Positions 29,721 to 42,974 of a DNA stretch of 64,000 nucleotides are shown one piece after another (positions within the stretch are counted from its first letter, which is position 1; each line of letters begins with the position of its first letter). A program made the position numbers and the translations under genes. Source of the DNA: Octopus vulgaris (Eukaryota); contig OX597825.1 of the NCBI GenBank assembly GCA_951406725.2, forward strand, positions 38,502,001 to 38,566,000. Reading direction: 5' to 3'. The notes beneath the pieces were generated by a model. That model worked only from the letters and a program-made list of their open reading frames with translations. It did no database searches and was not told the origin of the DNA.

Positions 29721-30711
29721 AGGGATCTTTTCTATTCTGAAGCCAGTTTTTTCAAATTTTTCCTACTGAACCAAACAATTTGAAACTTCGTATACTGGTA
29801 GAATGTGTCAAAAGTAAACTTAATTGTAAACCAGAATGAAAACGGAATTGTAACTTCTAAGTTTAACGTTGTTTAATAATTAGAATTTTAACCAATGATA
29901 TTCCGTCATTCGGCTTTATTTTATTTACTCCGTCTTGACCACCAATTTCGTGACGTATTAAACATCTTAAATGTAAACAAGCGCATCCTTCTAATTATTT
30001 AACGTACTCATGTTTCCAGGATCCTATAGTCAGCCACCTTCTAATAACAAAATTTTGTCTTTGAAGTTACCGTCTAGGGGAAGCATTGATGTACATGTGT
30101 GTGTGTGTGTGTGTTTGATGGGGTGTGGGAGACAGTATGTTGTGTAAGTGAAGTGCTTCTGTTAGTGTGTGTGAAGAGACAGAGAGAGTAATGTGTGAAA
30201 GAGAGAGATAACTGAAATGTTTTACTCGGTGTATGTGTATATGTATGTCTGCATGTATGTGTGTGTATGTATGTGTAAGTATGTGTGTGTGTATGTATGT
30301 GTGTGTGTGTATGTATGTATGGCCGATTCATCGTAATTACGATGAATCGGCCATACATACATAGATACATACACACACACACATACATGCAGACATACAT
30401 ATACACATACACCGAGTAAAAAATTTCAGTTATCTCTCTCTTTCACACATTACTCTCTCTGTCTCTTCACACACACTAACAGAAGCACTTCACTTACAAA
30501 ACATACTGTCTCCCACACCCCATCAAACACACACACACACACACACACACATGTACATCAATGCTTCCCCTAGACGGTAACTTCAAAGACAAACTTCCCT
30601 CGTCATAAAATCGCTTCCTCTTAGTCTCTTTCGCTCTCATTACTTATGTAAAAAAATAAAAGTTTTTTACGGAAATCGACGGAAAACTTGTGCTACGACA
30701 AGCGAAACTTC

Positions 30712-30745
<34 letters not shown>

Positions 30746-31184
30746 TTTATAAAAATATGGTGAAGTAAAAAAATTACTTAACCACACACCGAGCTTTTTA
30801 GAAATAGCAGCCAAAAAATTCTCAACTGCAAGAAAAAGTCTCCCAGACAATGCATACTCAGAAATAATTCACATACGTATAAGAGAAAAACAACGAAAAA
30901 TCACATGGATTCTCCGATATATGTTATAAAAATATGGATTCTCCGATATAATTTATAAAAATATGGTAAAGTAAGCCGTCTTCAAAGGAAGAAATTAACC
31001 AGACTTCAACACACGTGCTTATAAGCCGTCTTCAACTACGTCACAAAACTGCTTTCAACGTCACACTAACAGATCGCAGTAACGTTTTAGATATGAAAAC
31101 AAGCAATCTCATTGGTTAAAATTCGCAGTGTGTATGTATCTATGTATGTATGTATGTGTGTGTGTGTGTATCTATGTGTGTGTG

Positions 31185-31225
<41 letters not shown>

Positions 31226-31710
31226 AAAACTATAACGATGTTAATTTTTTTCGAGTGAATACTCGGTGTATGTGTATCTGTATGTATGTGTGTGTGTGTG
31301 TATGTATCTATGTATGTATGTGTGTATGTATGTGTGTGTGTGTGTGTATCTATGTGTGTGTGTGTGTGTGTGTATGTAAAACTATAACTCTTTCGTCTTC
31401 AACACAAGAAAATAACTGGATAACACACGTGCTTATTAGCCTCAAATGTGCACAGTTGCTACGTCACAAAACTGCTTTCTACGTCACACTAACAGAATGC
31501 AGTAACGTATTTTATGTGAAAACAAGCAATCTCATTGGTTAAAATTCGCAGTTTTAATCTACGATTAAAGTCATAAAATAGATTTTTCTCAAATAAACTA
31601 GTTCCAACTTGTCTCTTGTTTTGAGATACTCTACGAGTACACGAAGTTTCAAATTATTTAGTTAACTAGAAAGATCTGCGGTCCTGGCCACGATATTGAA
31701 AAGATCCCAT
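29721..31710. mobile_element. Non-autonomous DNA-transposon-like element with long imperfect terminal inverted repeats
   Basis: Left gggatcttttc...gccag...aatttgaaacttcgtatactggtagaatgtgtcaaaa...gaattttaaccaatga matches the reverse complement of the right end tcattggttaaaattc...ttttgagatactctacgagtacacgaagtttcaaatt...ctggc...gaaaagatccc; TA-rich flanks. Confidence 0.65.
30054..30593. repeat. Near-perfect spacer-less palindrome (~540 bp)
   Basis: Centre ggccgattcatcgtaa|ttacgatgaatcggcc at 30336/30337; the arms match except for microsatellite length and a few substitutions. Confidence 0.95.
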
Positions 31711-32040
31711 TATAGTTGTTTGAAGTGGTGTGATAAGCGTTAGAGACGTTTATACATGCGGATCTTTAGGCGACATTGTTACTGCAATATGATACAATAA
31801 TAAGATGTTCACTGAATATCAAATGTAGTTTAGCATCTTTGCCTTTGGACGATATCTCAGAGGCCACGAAACAACTATAATCGTGAAGTGAACGTAGGTA
31901 CCATAACATAAAGTTTTCATTATTATTTTCCCTACACATACACACGCACACATGCACACATACATATATATATGTGTGTGTGTATATATATATATATATT
32001 TACATATATTTATGATATTTAATATCCATGCATGCCTCTT

Positions 32041-32100
<60 letters not shown>

Positions 32101-32319
32101 CATACGTATATATATGTGTGTTTGTGTGCGTGTGTGTGTGTATACATGGTAAAAGGGAACATGGAGTCAATTCAGAACATTTATTTAAGGATCACTTAGC
32201 TATTCGGAAAACAGAAATGTATCTTATTTGAAGATAACGACAACAGTTTAAATGAAACAATAAATGCTTATGCCCATGAATCGGGACCAAAATGAAAGTG
32301 TGTCATAAAATGAATTAAA

Positions 32320-32352
<33 letters not shown>

Positions 32353-34934
32353 GTCATTTGACTGCGACCATGCTGGAGCACCGCTTGAAGGCCGCAGTCA
32401 AATGACTGAAACAAGTAAAAGAATAAAAGGAATATATATATATATATATATCCATATTTTTATTGTTGTCAAGATTAAGACACAAAATCTATTTACGCAG
32501 ATGTTTAAAATTAAACATCAAAGTATTTATTTTCATGCTTACTAAAAAATTTCATAAGTAAAAACATGACGTATAACTTCAGGTTTTTTGCTTCCTAAGA
32601 AAAAAGAAATCTTAGTTGTTTATATCAACACCAATGTAGGTTAAATTTTCTCTCTCATTGACATAAAATTAGAGTTTCAGCTATGTTTATTAATAGCGAG
32701 TAATTTTATTGTTTTATTTCTACATATTTACGAAAATAAAATTCGAAATAACGAGAACACCGATGTCCCATTTAACATTAATACCATGTTATGAGAAACG
32801 TTAAGAATAAGAGAACTCATTTCTTCGCATTTCCCAGTTTACCTGTTTCCAACTATATCAGAATGTCTTGTCAGTTATACGCTGTAGTCTGCTTGCCCTT
32901 GTATTCATATTTTCAAACACGTGAAAGAATTATTTCGTATAATTTTTACAAAACCCTTCAGTTTATCATCGCTGTGATATTATTTTCTATGTTAATATTT
33001 TCCATTTAAACAATTCATATTTACATGCTTCAATTGCATATAAATCTGAAAGAAACCCACTCGGTCGACAGTGTATGCTAATATTAATATTTGGCGTGTG
33101 CATACCAAATTTAAAAGTCTAGAGCTTTAGCTGGATCAAAAAGTTACATATCTAGCTAATCTATTACTAGCGTTATATCGAGTTGAAAACATACCACCTT
33201 GAAAACTGAATCGAATTACTTTAATCATAGGCCTCATTTATACGAGGCAGTCTGATGCTAACAGTGACAACGACATAACCAATTTTAAATATTTTAATGT
33301 TCATATAATCTGAAACAAAATGTTACGATACATACATGTGTCGGATGATCTGAGCCATGTATCAGTCCCAGCTTGCAATCAATTCAATTACAGCGGTAGC
33401 AAAAAGTCTTCCATACGGAATATTTCTGTAACAAATTGATACCTTAATATGTTAATGAATCTAATTAAACGATGATTCACTTAGAAATAAATGCATTCAT
33501 GTTGGTATCATCTATAATGTCTACATGACCAATTGAGAAAATATACAAAATACCTTATGCAAATGCGAAAATATAATAGGGTCATACCTTACACTAATTT
33601 CAACATTCAACATTTAGTATATCAACAATTCTAATAAAGTTGTGACAAGGCAAAATAATAAGAAATTCGCATAAGCATTAGAGTAATTTAGAATTTTTTT
33701 GTAGTTGATAACGTAGCGCAGACTATTTCAGTAACTGTCACTTTCAGTAAATTGTCACTAAACTTTTTAAAATGCAATAATTAAACTTTCAAACTTTCTC
33801 TACATTGTTTTTATTTCTTCAGGAAAGATAGTAACTATGGATATAGAAGTAAAGGAAATAGCTAAATATGCTGGAGTGAAGATATAAATTATGCAGTTAT
33901 TTACCCAGCGTTTGAAATTGAGAAATATTTTTTCAAATGAATAATTTGAATAACTTGAATAATTTTCCATTACAAATTTCCAAGTAAATTCAGATATATA
34001 TTCTGAAGAGTATACGTGGCTGAATCTAAATTGAAATAGAAGCGCCGATGCTTGCAAGGCAGTATCAATTTCGGAACAAGCTCCGAACGTTTAAAGGAAA
34101 TTTATCTTCAAACAGGCAAAATTTAATAAGGCTTTGGATTGAATTACGTCTGAATAATTAAGATATGTGAATTCTAAGTACATTTCAACAGATTCAAAAA
34201 CGGCGTAAAACATTGGAGTTTATGTGTACTTACAATATTATGTGTACTCGTGTTCAACTTAACGCTACTAAAACTCATTATTTTCGGATAACGAGTTTTA
34301 GTGGGCTTCATAGACATTATTTCAAATCCTATCTGCTACAATCAGTAACGGAATTGTTAGACTAAATGCGTGAATTAAAAGTTATAATATTTTCAATAAG
34401 TAAAATTAATATAACATTTGTATTCGTATCTATCCATTGCGAAGAACTCGACGTTTTGCTTTCGTAAACCAGTTTCAACAACTTGATGCCCCATTCTGTG
34501 CTCATCCTCTCACCATCATTTAGGTATGTTTTGCTATGTTAACGTTAAATAATGGAACATGTAATAATGCTATACATGTAGGTTATATGTTGTACGTTGA
34601 AATTCAGATTGATATTAGACAATACAGAGGATAATTTGTTTCATGACAACAATTTCCATTACAGAAAGCAAAACACATAGTGTGGAAATTCATTTCTATA
34701 TTTCTATATATGCTGAAGTCAATTTCAAAATAAATGTCACTATTTGTGATGACCAGGCTATGACCAGATCGTATTTTCCATTTCACTGATGATCCTGTCT
34801 GTTATGAAGAAGCATAATATGCATATACTTAACTACATCCTTTTCTGAAATATTACATTCTAAACATCTGATATGCTTCTTTCTACAACTAATATGATTA
34901 TGTATAGCATCTGAAATACACACACATACACGCA

Positions 34935-35022
<88 letters not shown>

Positions 35023-35779
35023 TATATATATATGTATATATATATATTGGTAGCGACTCCGTCACTCGAGCAGTTCGGGCCTAACTCGAATATAAATTTA
35101 GTAAAGTGAATCTGTATATGCAGGCACTGACTTTAAGTATGTAATTGCAACCGAAAACTCGGGCTTCTTTTATTCACCCTTGTCGCAGTTCATTTATTTT
35201 CGTTCAGCGTTTGGCGGTCGTCGTACAAGTGTCCTGTATCAAAAAATATCATTCGTAGCACAAGTTCTCGCGACATCGCTCACACGCGCCTGTCTCAGGC
35301 TCAGAAGTTACAGCACGAGTTGCTATCTATAATCGTAAAAAATTTAAATAATTCAAATTCAATGTTTTCTTCAAACAATAAATTTCTATAGAGATTAGGA
35401 TTTAAATTTCAATTTATAAAAATTTTCCATTCTACAATACTTTTAAAAGAACGAAAAATATCCAAAGACTTTGGCTAATACGAACGAAACTGGGAGGTAC
35501 AAAAGACCAACTGGCATCTCTTGTCAAGAGTATAGGTGACAATCAGATCGCCGATGTTTTTTGGGCACTCCGCTGTCGTAATGTGATAGCTGTTAATCTG
35601 TGCGTATGTGTGTAAAGATCAGTTGTAGTTTGAAGGGTTGCTTTATTTTAACCCTTAAATTAGAAATAGAGAGAGACTTAGTGCTAGATAAAAGAAAAAG
35701 CCATTTGCGGCTAGAAATTAAGCGGGAAAACGTGAAATTTTTCGAGCAAGCATGTGTCTTATGCAAAATCTGTGATGAG

Positions 35780-36560
35780 CCCGAGTGATGCTGATGACCT
35801 GTTGTACCATCTCTGTTGTATTCCTATCAAATTTGGACTTGTTATGAAAGGCATTTTAAACTGTTAGAACAATTCCACTAAAACGCCTTCATCGTATTTT
35901 AAACACAGATGTCCTTGCATTTGCAGGCACCACCTCAATTAAAGCTAGGATTTTGAAGAACCAAATGAGATGGTGTGGCCATATTGTTCGAATAGCAGAT
36001 GAACACATGCCGAAACAACAGTTTTAAGGTGAGACTGCAGAGGGGAAACACTATCGATGTAAACCTGAAAAAGGCTTAATGACGGTATAAGGGCTACTAT
36101 GAAGTCACTTAGAATGGTTCCAGAAGATATAGAAACCTTTGCTTCGGTTCGAGTTGGATGGCGAACAAAAGAACGGAGTGGGGTGAAAGCATTAAAAGAG
36201 GACAGGATAACGCAAGTAAGACTCAAAATAGATCTAAGGAAGAATGTAACGACCGAGAAGGTGACATGCCTGTCTTTGCAGTGAACACATGGTAAACGAA
36301 CCTCCACCAACTATCTTGCCTTTATGTTTGTGCACACCTTTGAATGCAGTGCATGCCAGAAGGTTTGTAAAACAAACAGAGGCCTCACAAGACATTTTAA
36401 GATCCACAAAGAGCAGAACTTAACTGCAGGTTTTTGTGGTCCAAATTAGAGGCGCAATCTATGTTGGTTGCTTTTCAGAAAATTGTCTGGATTAAAAGTC
36501 AACCTCAGACACCATGATGGTGCTAAGGTCTAGGTACAGGAGGTGGTCAGAAAATCACCA
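35780..36560 (+). mobile_element. Decayed 3' fragment of an RTE-clade LINE with C-terminal C2H2-like fingers
   Basis: ...LEQFH...KNQMRWCGHIVRIADEHMPKQ...GE...G..., ETFASVRVGWRT...GVKALKEDR, then FECSACQKVCKTNRGLTRHFKIH and CNLCWLLFRKLSGLKVNLRHH. Confidence 0.75.
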
Positions 36561-36568
36561 TATATATA

Positions 36569-36909
36569 CAGGGTAATTCAAAACATAGGAAAAATTTATT
36601 ATTTTATATGAAACAGTTTATAAGATGCCCTTGATCCTCTGATCTAACCCCTCTTGATTTCTATATTTGGGGGCATTTGAAAGGCATGGTGTATCGTAGA
36701 AAGATATATGACATAAATCATTTGAAGGAACGCATCACCAACGTATCCCCAGATGTGATATTACGAGTTCAGAATGAGTGGGATAAGCATATTGTAATGT
36801 GTATTCAAAACAATGGTAAACATATAGTGCCCTTAAAAAAACTGTTCTTATAAATTGTTTCTTATAAAAAAGATAAATTGTTCCTATGCATGACATTTGA
36901 ATCACACTG
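36569..36909 (+). mobile_element. Internally deleted Tc1/mariner-superfamily element (Tc3/rosa-like C-terminus)
   Basis: TA-flanked imperfect TIRs cagggtaattcaaa / tttgaatcacactg; remnant P*SSDLTPLDFYIWGHLKGMVY...HLKERI...CIQNNGKHI (SPDLTPLDF motif). Confidence 0.8.
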
Positions 36910-36991
36910 TATATATATATATGTCTACACATATATGCATGTGTATATATACAGCATAACTATCAACAAATACGCACACATGTATATATAT

Positions 36992-37048
<57 letters not shown>

Positions 37049-37123
37049 TATATTAAACATAGACACACACATACAAACGCATGTGAACGCACATACAATT
37101 TATATATAAATAAATAAAGAAAG

Positions 37124-37169
<46 letters not shown>

Positions 37170-37578
37170 ACAATCACGCGCATATGATGGGCTTTCTTCT
37201 AAACTCTAACAAGGTATCCTATTCTGAATTCTGTTATAAAATCATTTATTTGTTAAACAAAATACTATTATTTCTACATCAAACAAATTAAAAGCATAAA
37301 ATGTTATAACAACATCGATTATATGATATCAGTACAATATATAAACTCATGTCAAAGAGATAACTGTTATATAATCGCTTTGAGTATTCAGTTTCTCATT
37401 TCGCTACTACACTGGATCATAAGCAATGTGGTCAGATATGGGTTACACAAATCAACTAACAAGAATACTACGCTTTGTCACAGCCGAGCAAACAGTGCCC
37501 ATAGTGCCAATTTAACCAATTAAGGTTAGCATATTTTTCGCATTGTTATGGTCAGCTATATGTCATGAAGGCAATATA

Positions 37579-38918
37579 TCAGGTCATCCCATAAGTTAAT
37601 AGAATGTCTAATGGAATTAAAAATTATTTTTATGCATTTATGTACATTTACACTAGCAAAATCTTGTTTTACAGAATAATATAATTACATTTTCTCTGAT
37701 TGAAACTGTTTCTAACATGGAAGTATCCAAAGAGCATTTAAGGCACATAATGCTTTATGAGTACAAAAAAAGGAAACTCTGCAGCCGAAGCGACCCGAAA
37801 AATACAGTCAGTTTATAGGAAAGAATGCTTGAATGAGAGAACTTGCAGGGGATGGTTTGCAAAATTCAGAAGTGGAGATTTCAGCCTTGAAAGTGAAGAT
37901 CGAACAGGACGTCCGGTCGAGTTTGATGATAAGCTCCTTGAGGCTTTACTTGAAGAAAATACTATATTATCAATTGAAGAATTGGCAATAAAGCTTAGTT
38001 TAAACCATACAACTGTACATCGTCATCTTCAACAAATTGGAAAGGTTTCTCAACTTGGAAAATGGGTGCCTCATGAATTGTCCGAAAGCAACTGTAAACC
38101 CCGTTCTGACATCTGCTCTTCTCTCCATTCTCATTTCACCCTTTTTGGATATACTTGTGGCTGGTGACGAGAAATGGATCTTCTATCGAAATGCTAAATG
38201 TCATAAGTAGTGGCTTGGTAAAAGGGAAAAATCTTAACCATAACCGAGTAGGGAACTTAATGGGAAAAAAGTTTATTTTCCCTATCTGGTGGGATTGCAA
38301 AGGAGCAATTCACTTTGAATTGTTACCGCCTAATGCAACAATCAATGCTCAATTCTGGTGTCAGCAATTAGAGCGTTTGAACCAAGCGTTGAGGAAAAAA
38401 AAGACCCGCTTTATTGAATCGAAAATATGTGATGTTTCATCAGGACAATGTGCAACCCCACACTGCAAAGATCACATCACAGAAGATCGATAACCTTGGT
38501 TGCGTAATATTCCTCATCCGCCTCATTCTCCCGACCTTGCACCTTCAGACTACCATTTGTTTCGTAGTTTACAGAATCATTTGTGTGACAGAATGCTTGA
38601 ATGAGAAAACTTGCAGGAGATGGTTTGCAAAATTCAGAAGTGGAGATTTCAGCCTTGAAGGTGAAGATCGAACAGGACGTCCGGTCGAGTTTGATGATAA
38701 GCTCCTTGAGGCAGGAGGAGGTCGAAACTGACATTTCAGAGTTCTTCGCTTTGAAATCAAAAGTTTTACATTGATGAGATTAAAAAGCGTGTAATAGATG
38801 GAAGGAAGTCATAGATAATCCGAGAAAGTACACTGATGATTAAATTTCAATTAAATATAACATTTGATCACTTGTTTTCTTTATTCAAAATTTGGACAGA
38901 ACTTATGAGATGACATAA
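37579..38918 (+). mobile_element. Near full-length decayed mariner transposon
   Basis: TA-flanked TIRs tcaggtcatcccataagtt / aacttatgagatgacataa; MEVSKEHLRHIMLYEYKKGNSAAEATRKI...GKWVPHELS...GDEKWIFY...IWWDCKG...FHQDNVQPH...HPPHSPDLAPSDYHLFRSLQNHL; frameshifted. Confidence 0.93.
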
Positions 38919-40560
38919 TAACTGTTACTATTAGTATTTTAGCAAAATGTACTAAGCTTATTATAAGACAATGTATTTGACCATGTTATAGTAAATATCT
39001 TCTGTTACAAGCTTCACGTTGTCTTCAAAATTATACTTCCTACAAACCGTTGTAATAAAATATTGCTTAATACATATATGACTTGTTATCATCAGTACGT
39101 AACATTGTATTATGCGCGGTAGAACTGAAGTACAAAGGTTCGCCTTTAGATTGATATCATACAGAACTTACAATATCCCAATATTGTTCAATTCTATAAG
39201 ATGGTGCACTGATATAAAACTTTAAAGAAATTCAGTAAATAACGTACAAAACTAATTCAATGAATATTTATTAGAAATAGGAGGAAATATTTCAGGAAGT
39301 AAGTTCCATCTCTCTATTTCAGAAACAAATATATTTCTTTTGTATAGGTATAGCTAAAAATTGAATGCTGTCTTGATGATGGAAAACAATTTCATAAATC
39401 TTGAGTTATATATGAAACTGAGAAGTTATTGGTAAAGAGTATATTTCATTTTTTCTTCCTGAATATAAAAATTGAATCGTAAAATCATATACTCAATATT
39501 CTTCCGCTATTTTCAGCAATCTATTGAATATTGTGTCACGACATATATGCTAGCACAATGTAACGGTTTTCAGGAATTTATCTTGTAAACATTATTTTGT
39601 AAATTAAAATTCAAAGAGCATAGCGGTTGGTAGATCACAGTAAAAGCCACTGGAGCATTTAGTGAGATAAATCTATTTTTATAAGTAAAAGCCCGTCGAA
39701 TTCCAGTTTGTTTTGTATTCCTCTCTCACAGAAAGAAAATAAATTAAATATTTTTAGAAAATGCATGCACTCTCATAGAGCACTAAACACGTGTTGTTTG
39801 CGAATATTATATTTCATTAAGTACACATGAAACTTCTACTTGAAAAGTATTCCATCTCAAACACGGATAACTACGAATGTAAGATCTAATGTGTCCTATT
39901 TTCAAGACATTGCAGCCTTATTTTCTGGGCAGGTGTCACCGTGTCTGGCAGCTTGCAGGGACATTTAGATGTAACCTCGGACAGTCTGCTTGAATTTCAT
40001 CGGTTGAATATTGAAGACATTTAGCTAATATTGGGAATTGTAACATCATTACCAGACATTCAGATAAGAGAATTGCAGACATTATTATATATACAAACAC
40101 GGCGTAGAATATGAGAGTCCTGTTTTTCCTATTAATCAATAAAAATTGATTTTCATTCAGCGTTCAATATCTATTTTACTAATTAATCAAATTACTGTCA
40201 CCATATTTGATTTATTTTCAAATGAGGACGAAAATTTATCTCATATATTTTTTAATATTTATTGTTATTCTTATGTAGATGTGACATTGACGGAAGTATG
40301 AAGTTAATGGCGGGGTCTAATGTCTTGACAAATAGATTCAGAAATGCGTATAAGGAAACTGTATTTATGAAGGATGTTACATTAGTGATGGAATTTTAAG
40401 ACTGGTGATGGCATTGCTAGTAATTGCGTGCGTACAAGAGACTGACTTTCAAAGAACTCAACGAGGACTGCATATCTTTCATAATCCCAATGCAAGAAGA
40501 TGCAAGAAGAGTTAGATAAAAGTATTGGGGACACGGAAAATAGTGTGACTGATGTTAACA

Positions 40561-40757
40561 GCGTGGTAATGCCTGCGATATTGACAACGATAACGATTAC
40601 AATGATCATTATAATGACGACGATGAAGGGCTGGAGGAGGACGATGCTGATGTTAATGATGTTGAACACAATGATTATAATTTTGAATATTATGAAAATG
40701 ATAGTGACGATACTATCATTGACAAACACAAAGTTCTCTTCGTTAAAGAACCAGCAG
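40561..40757 (+). other. Possible exon or pseudo-exon encoding an Asp/Glu/Asn-rich peptide
   Basis: Open frame RGNACDIDNDNDYNDHYNDDDEGLEEDDADVNDVEHNDYNFEYYENDSDDTIIDKHKVLFVKEPA ending at a good donor CAG|GTAGGT (40757/40758); acceptor weak; upstream frames interrupted. Confidence 0.25.
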
Positions 40758-42012
40758 GTAGGTTTATATATTTGGCACAGGATTAAAACACTAGGCTTGG
40801 TGTTACTGGTGATTAATAAATTCTAACGGATGATATCTGGAAACACGCCGGCAACATACAGAGGCAAATTATCAAAATTTGGGATGTTAATTGTGAATAA
40901 TTATGACTCACTACGATGTATTGATATAATAAAGATACATAAGATATTTTCTTACAGACAATTTGAACTAGTTATAAACGTATTTAATCAAAATTTAGAT
41001 TAAATTCTAAACTTAAGAAAAGTATAAATAATACATTATATCCATGGAAACTCCAAAACTGAAGTATAAGTACAATTTTCTAGCCGGTAGATAGGGTGCC
41101 AACATAATGTATGATTAAATTGTAGACTCTCACATATGCATAAATATATTGGTTACGTCTATCATATAAGTGTCTTTCATATATTTCAATGAGAATACAA
41201 TGATTGGTTAGGTCCATAAAAGCGAGGCAAACTTCGGGTGGAATGATATAATCAGTTAGCGTATAGAAGGAGAGATAATGTAATCTTGAGAAATATATAC
41301 TTCACCCAGAAACAGCTACTTGGAAAAATTTATATTCTGGTACCACTAATTTTCGTCATATATTTCAATACAATGCTCTTAGAAACGGCATAAATCCACA
41401 ATGTTAGATTTCTCTAGAACTATGATGTCTGTAATAGATTCCACTAGTTACAAATTCGGAAATAGAAAATAAAATGCTGAAAATTTTGAAGAATAAATTT
41501 GGTGTGTGCTCTCTAGAAAATTAAAGAAATTATGACCAATCTTCTTTATGACGGATAATTTTCACAAAAGAGACAGTAATAACATATAAAGCAAATATAA
41601 GCAACTTACAATGCAGCGATAAATGTACCATGAGTCTTTATAGAAGAATCAATCCATCAATTATAGGCCCTAAAGGAAAAGCAGCTCAGGGATAGAATAT
41701 GTGTTGAAGACTTGCTAGAAGCAACAACCTACTAAACTACATGACAAAAGAAAAAAAAAGAGTGGTACGTCACATGAATTTGATATATTTTAAACTCTAT
41801 ATCTGATATGCAAAACTAGACAGTGCCCACTCTTGTAAAGATGTTATCGGAATTATGTTCGAGATACTCAGCGGAGTAACACCTAAGAGCAAAATGTCTT
41901 TTAGTGGTCAAAATAGACATTCTAAATTGTCAGACGTATTTTAAAGAGCAACTTCAAAAATTCCGCAGATATCTTCCTCACTCAAAGGATTCTAATACGC
42001 TGCGTAGGTGTA

Positions 42013-42367
<355 letters not shown>

Positions 42368-42429
42368 GCGCGTGGTTTAGTGGCAGGTGTAGATGTGTTT
42401 GACAGACAGGAGAGTGTAATTGTGTGTGA

Positions 42430-42475
<46 letters not shown>

Positions 42476-42932
42476 CACATTTGTGTAAGTTTTGCGGCGA
42501 ATATGAATGTTTTGCAGTTTATGCTTTTTGCGTATGTGTTTTTATTTGTATATACCTCTATCTGCATATGTATGTGCATGTGCCTGTAGACTACGTTTTG
42601 TATATACGCGTATGTATGTGTATGTGCGTATAGATATGTGTATATAAACGTAATGATGCGTGCGTACGTGTATGTGTGTTTGTATATTTATGCATATGCG
42701 GATTCTATGAATGATGTATCACTTTCCTCAGGCCTATCGGAGCAATTTCCTTTTATAGCATTTGTCTTAATATCGGATAAGATGCCGGATCAGATTTCAG
42801 TCCCGGTATCTGAAACTCTGTTTTATTATGACAACCAACTAATTGTCACATATTATATATCTAGACAAATTACTCTATTTTACATAATATGAAGGTCTCA
42901 TTCATTCTTTTGTTGTCCTATTATTAATATTA

Positions 42933-42970
<38 letters not shown>

Positions 42971-42974
<4 letters not shown>

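Noticed and set aside
41170-41990. Possible very old LINE remnant
   Set aside because: No motif readable with confidence.
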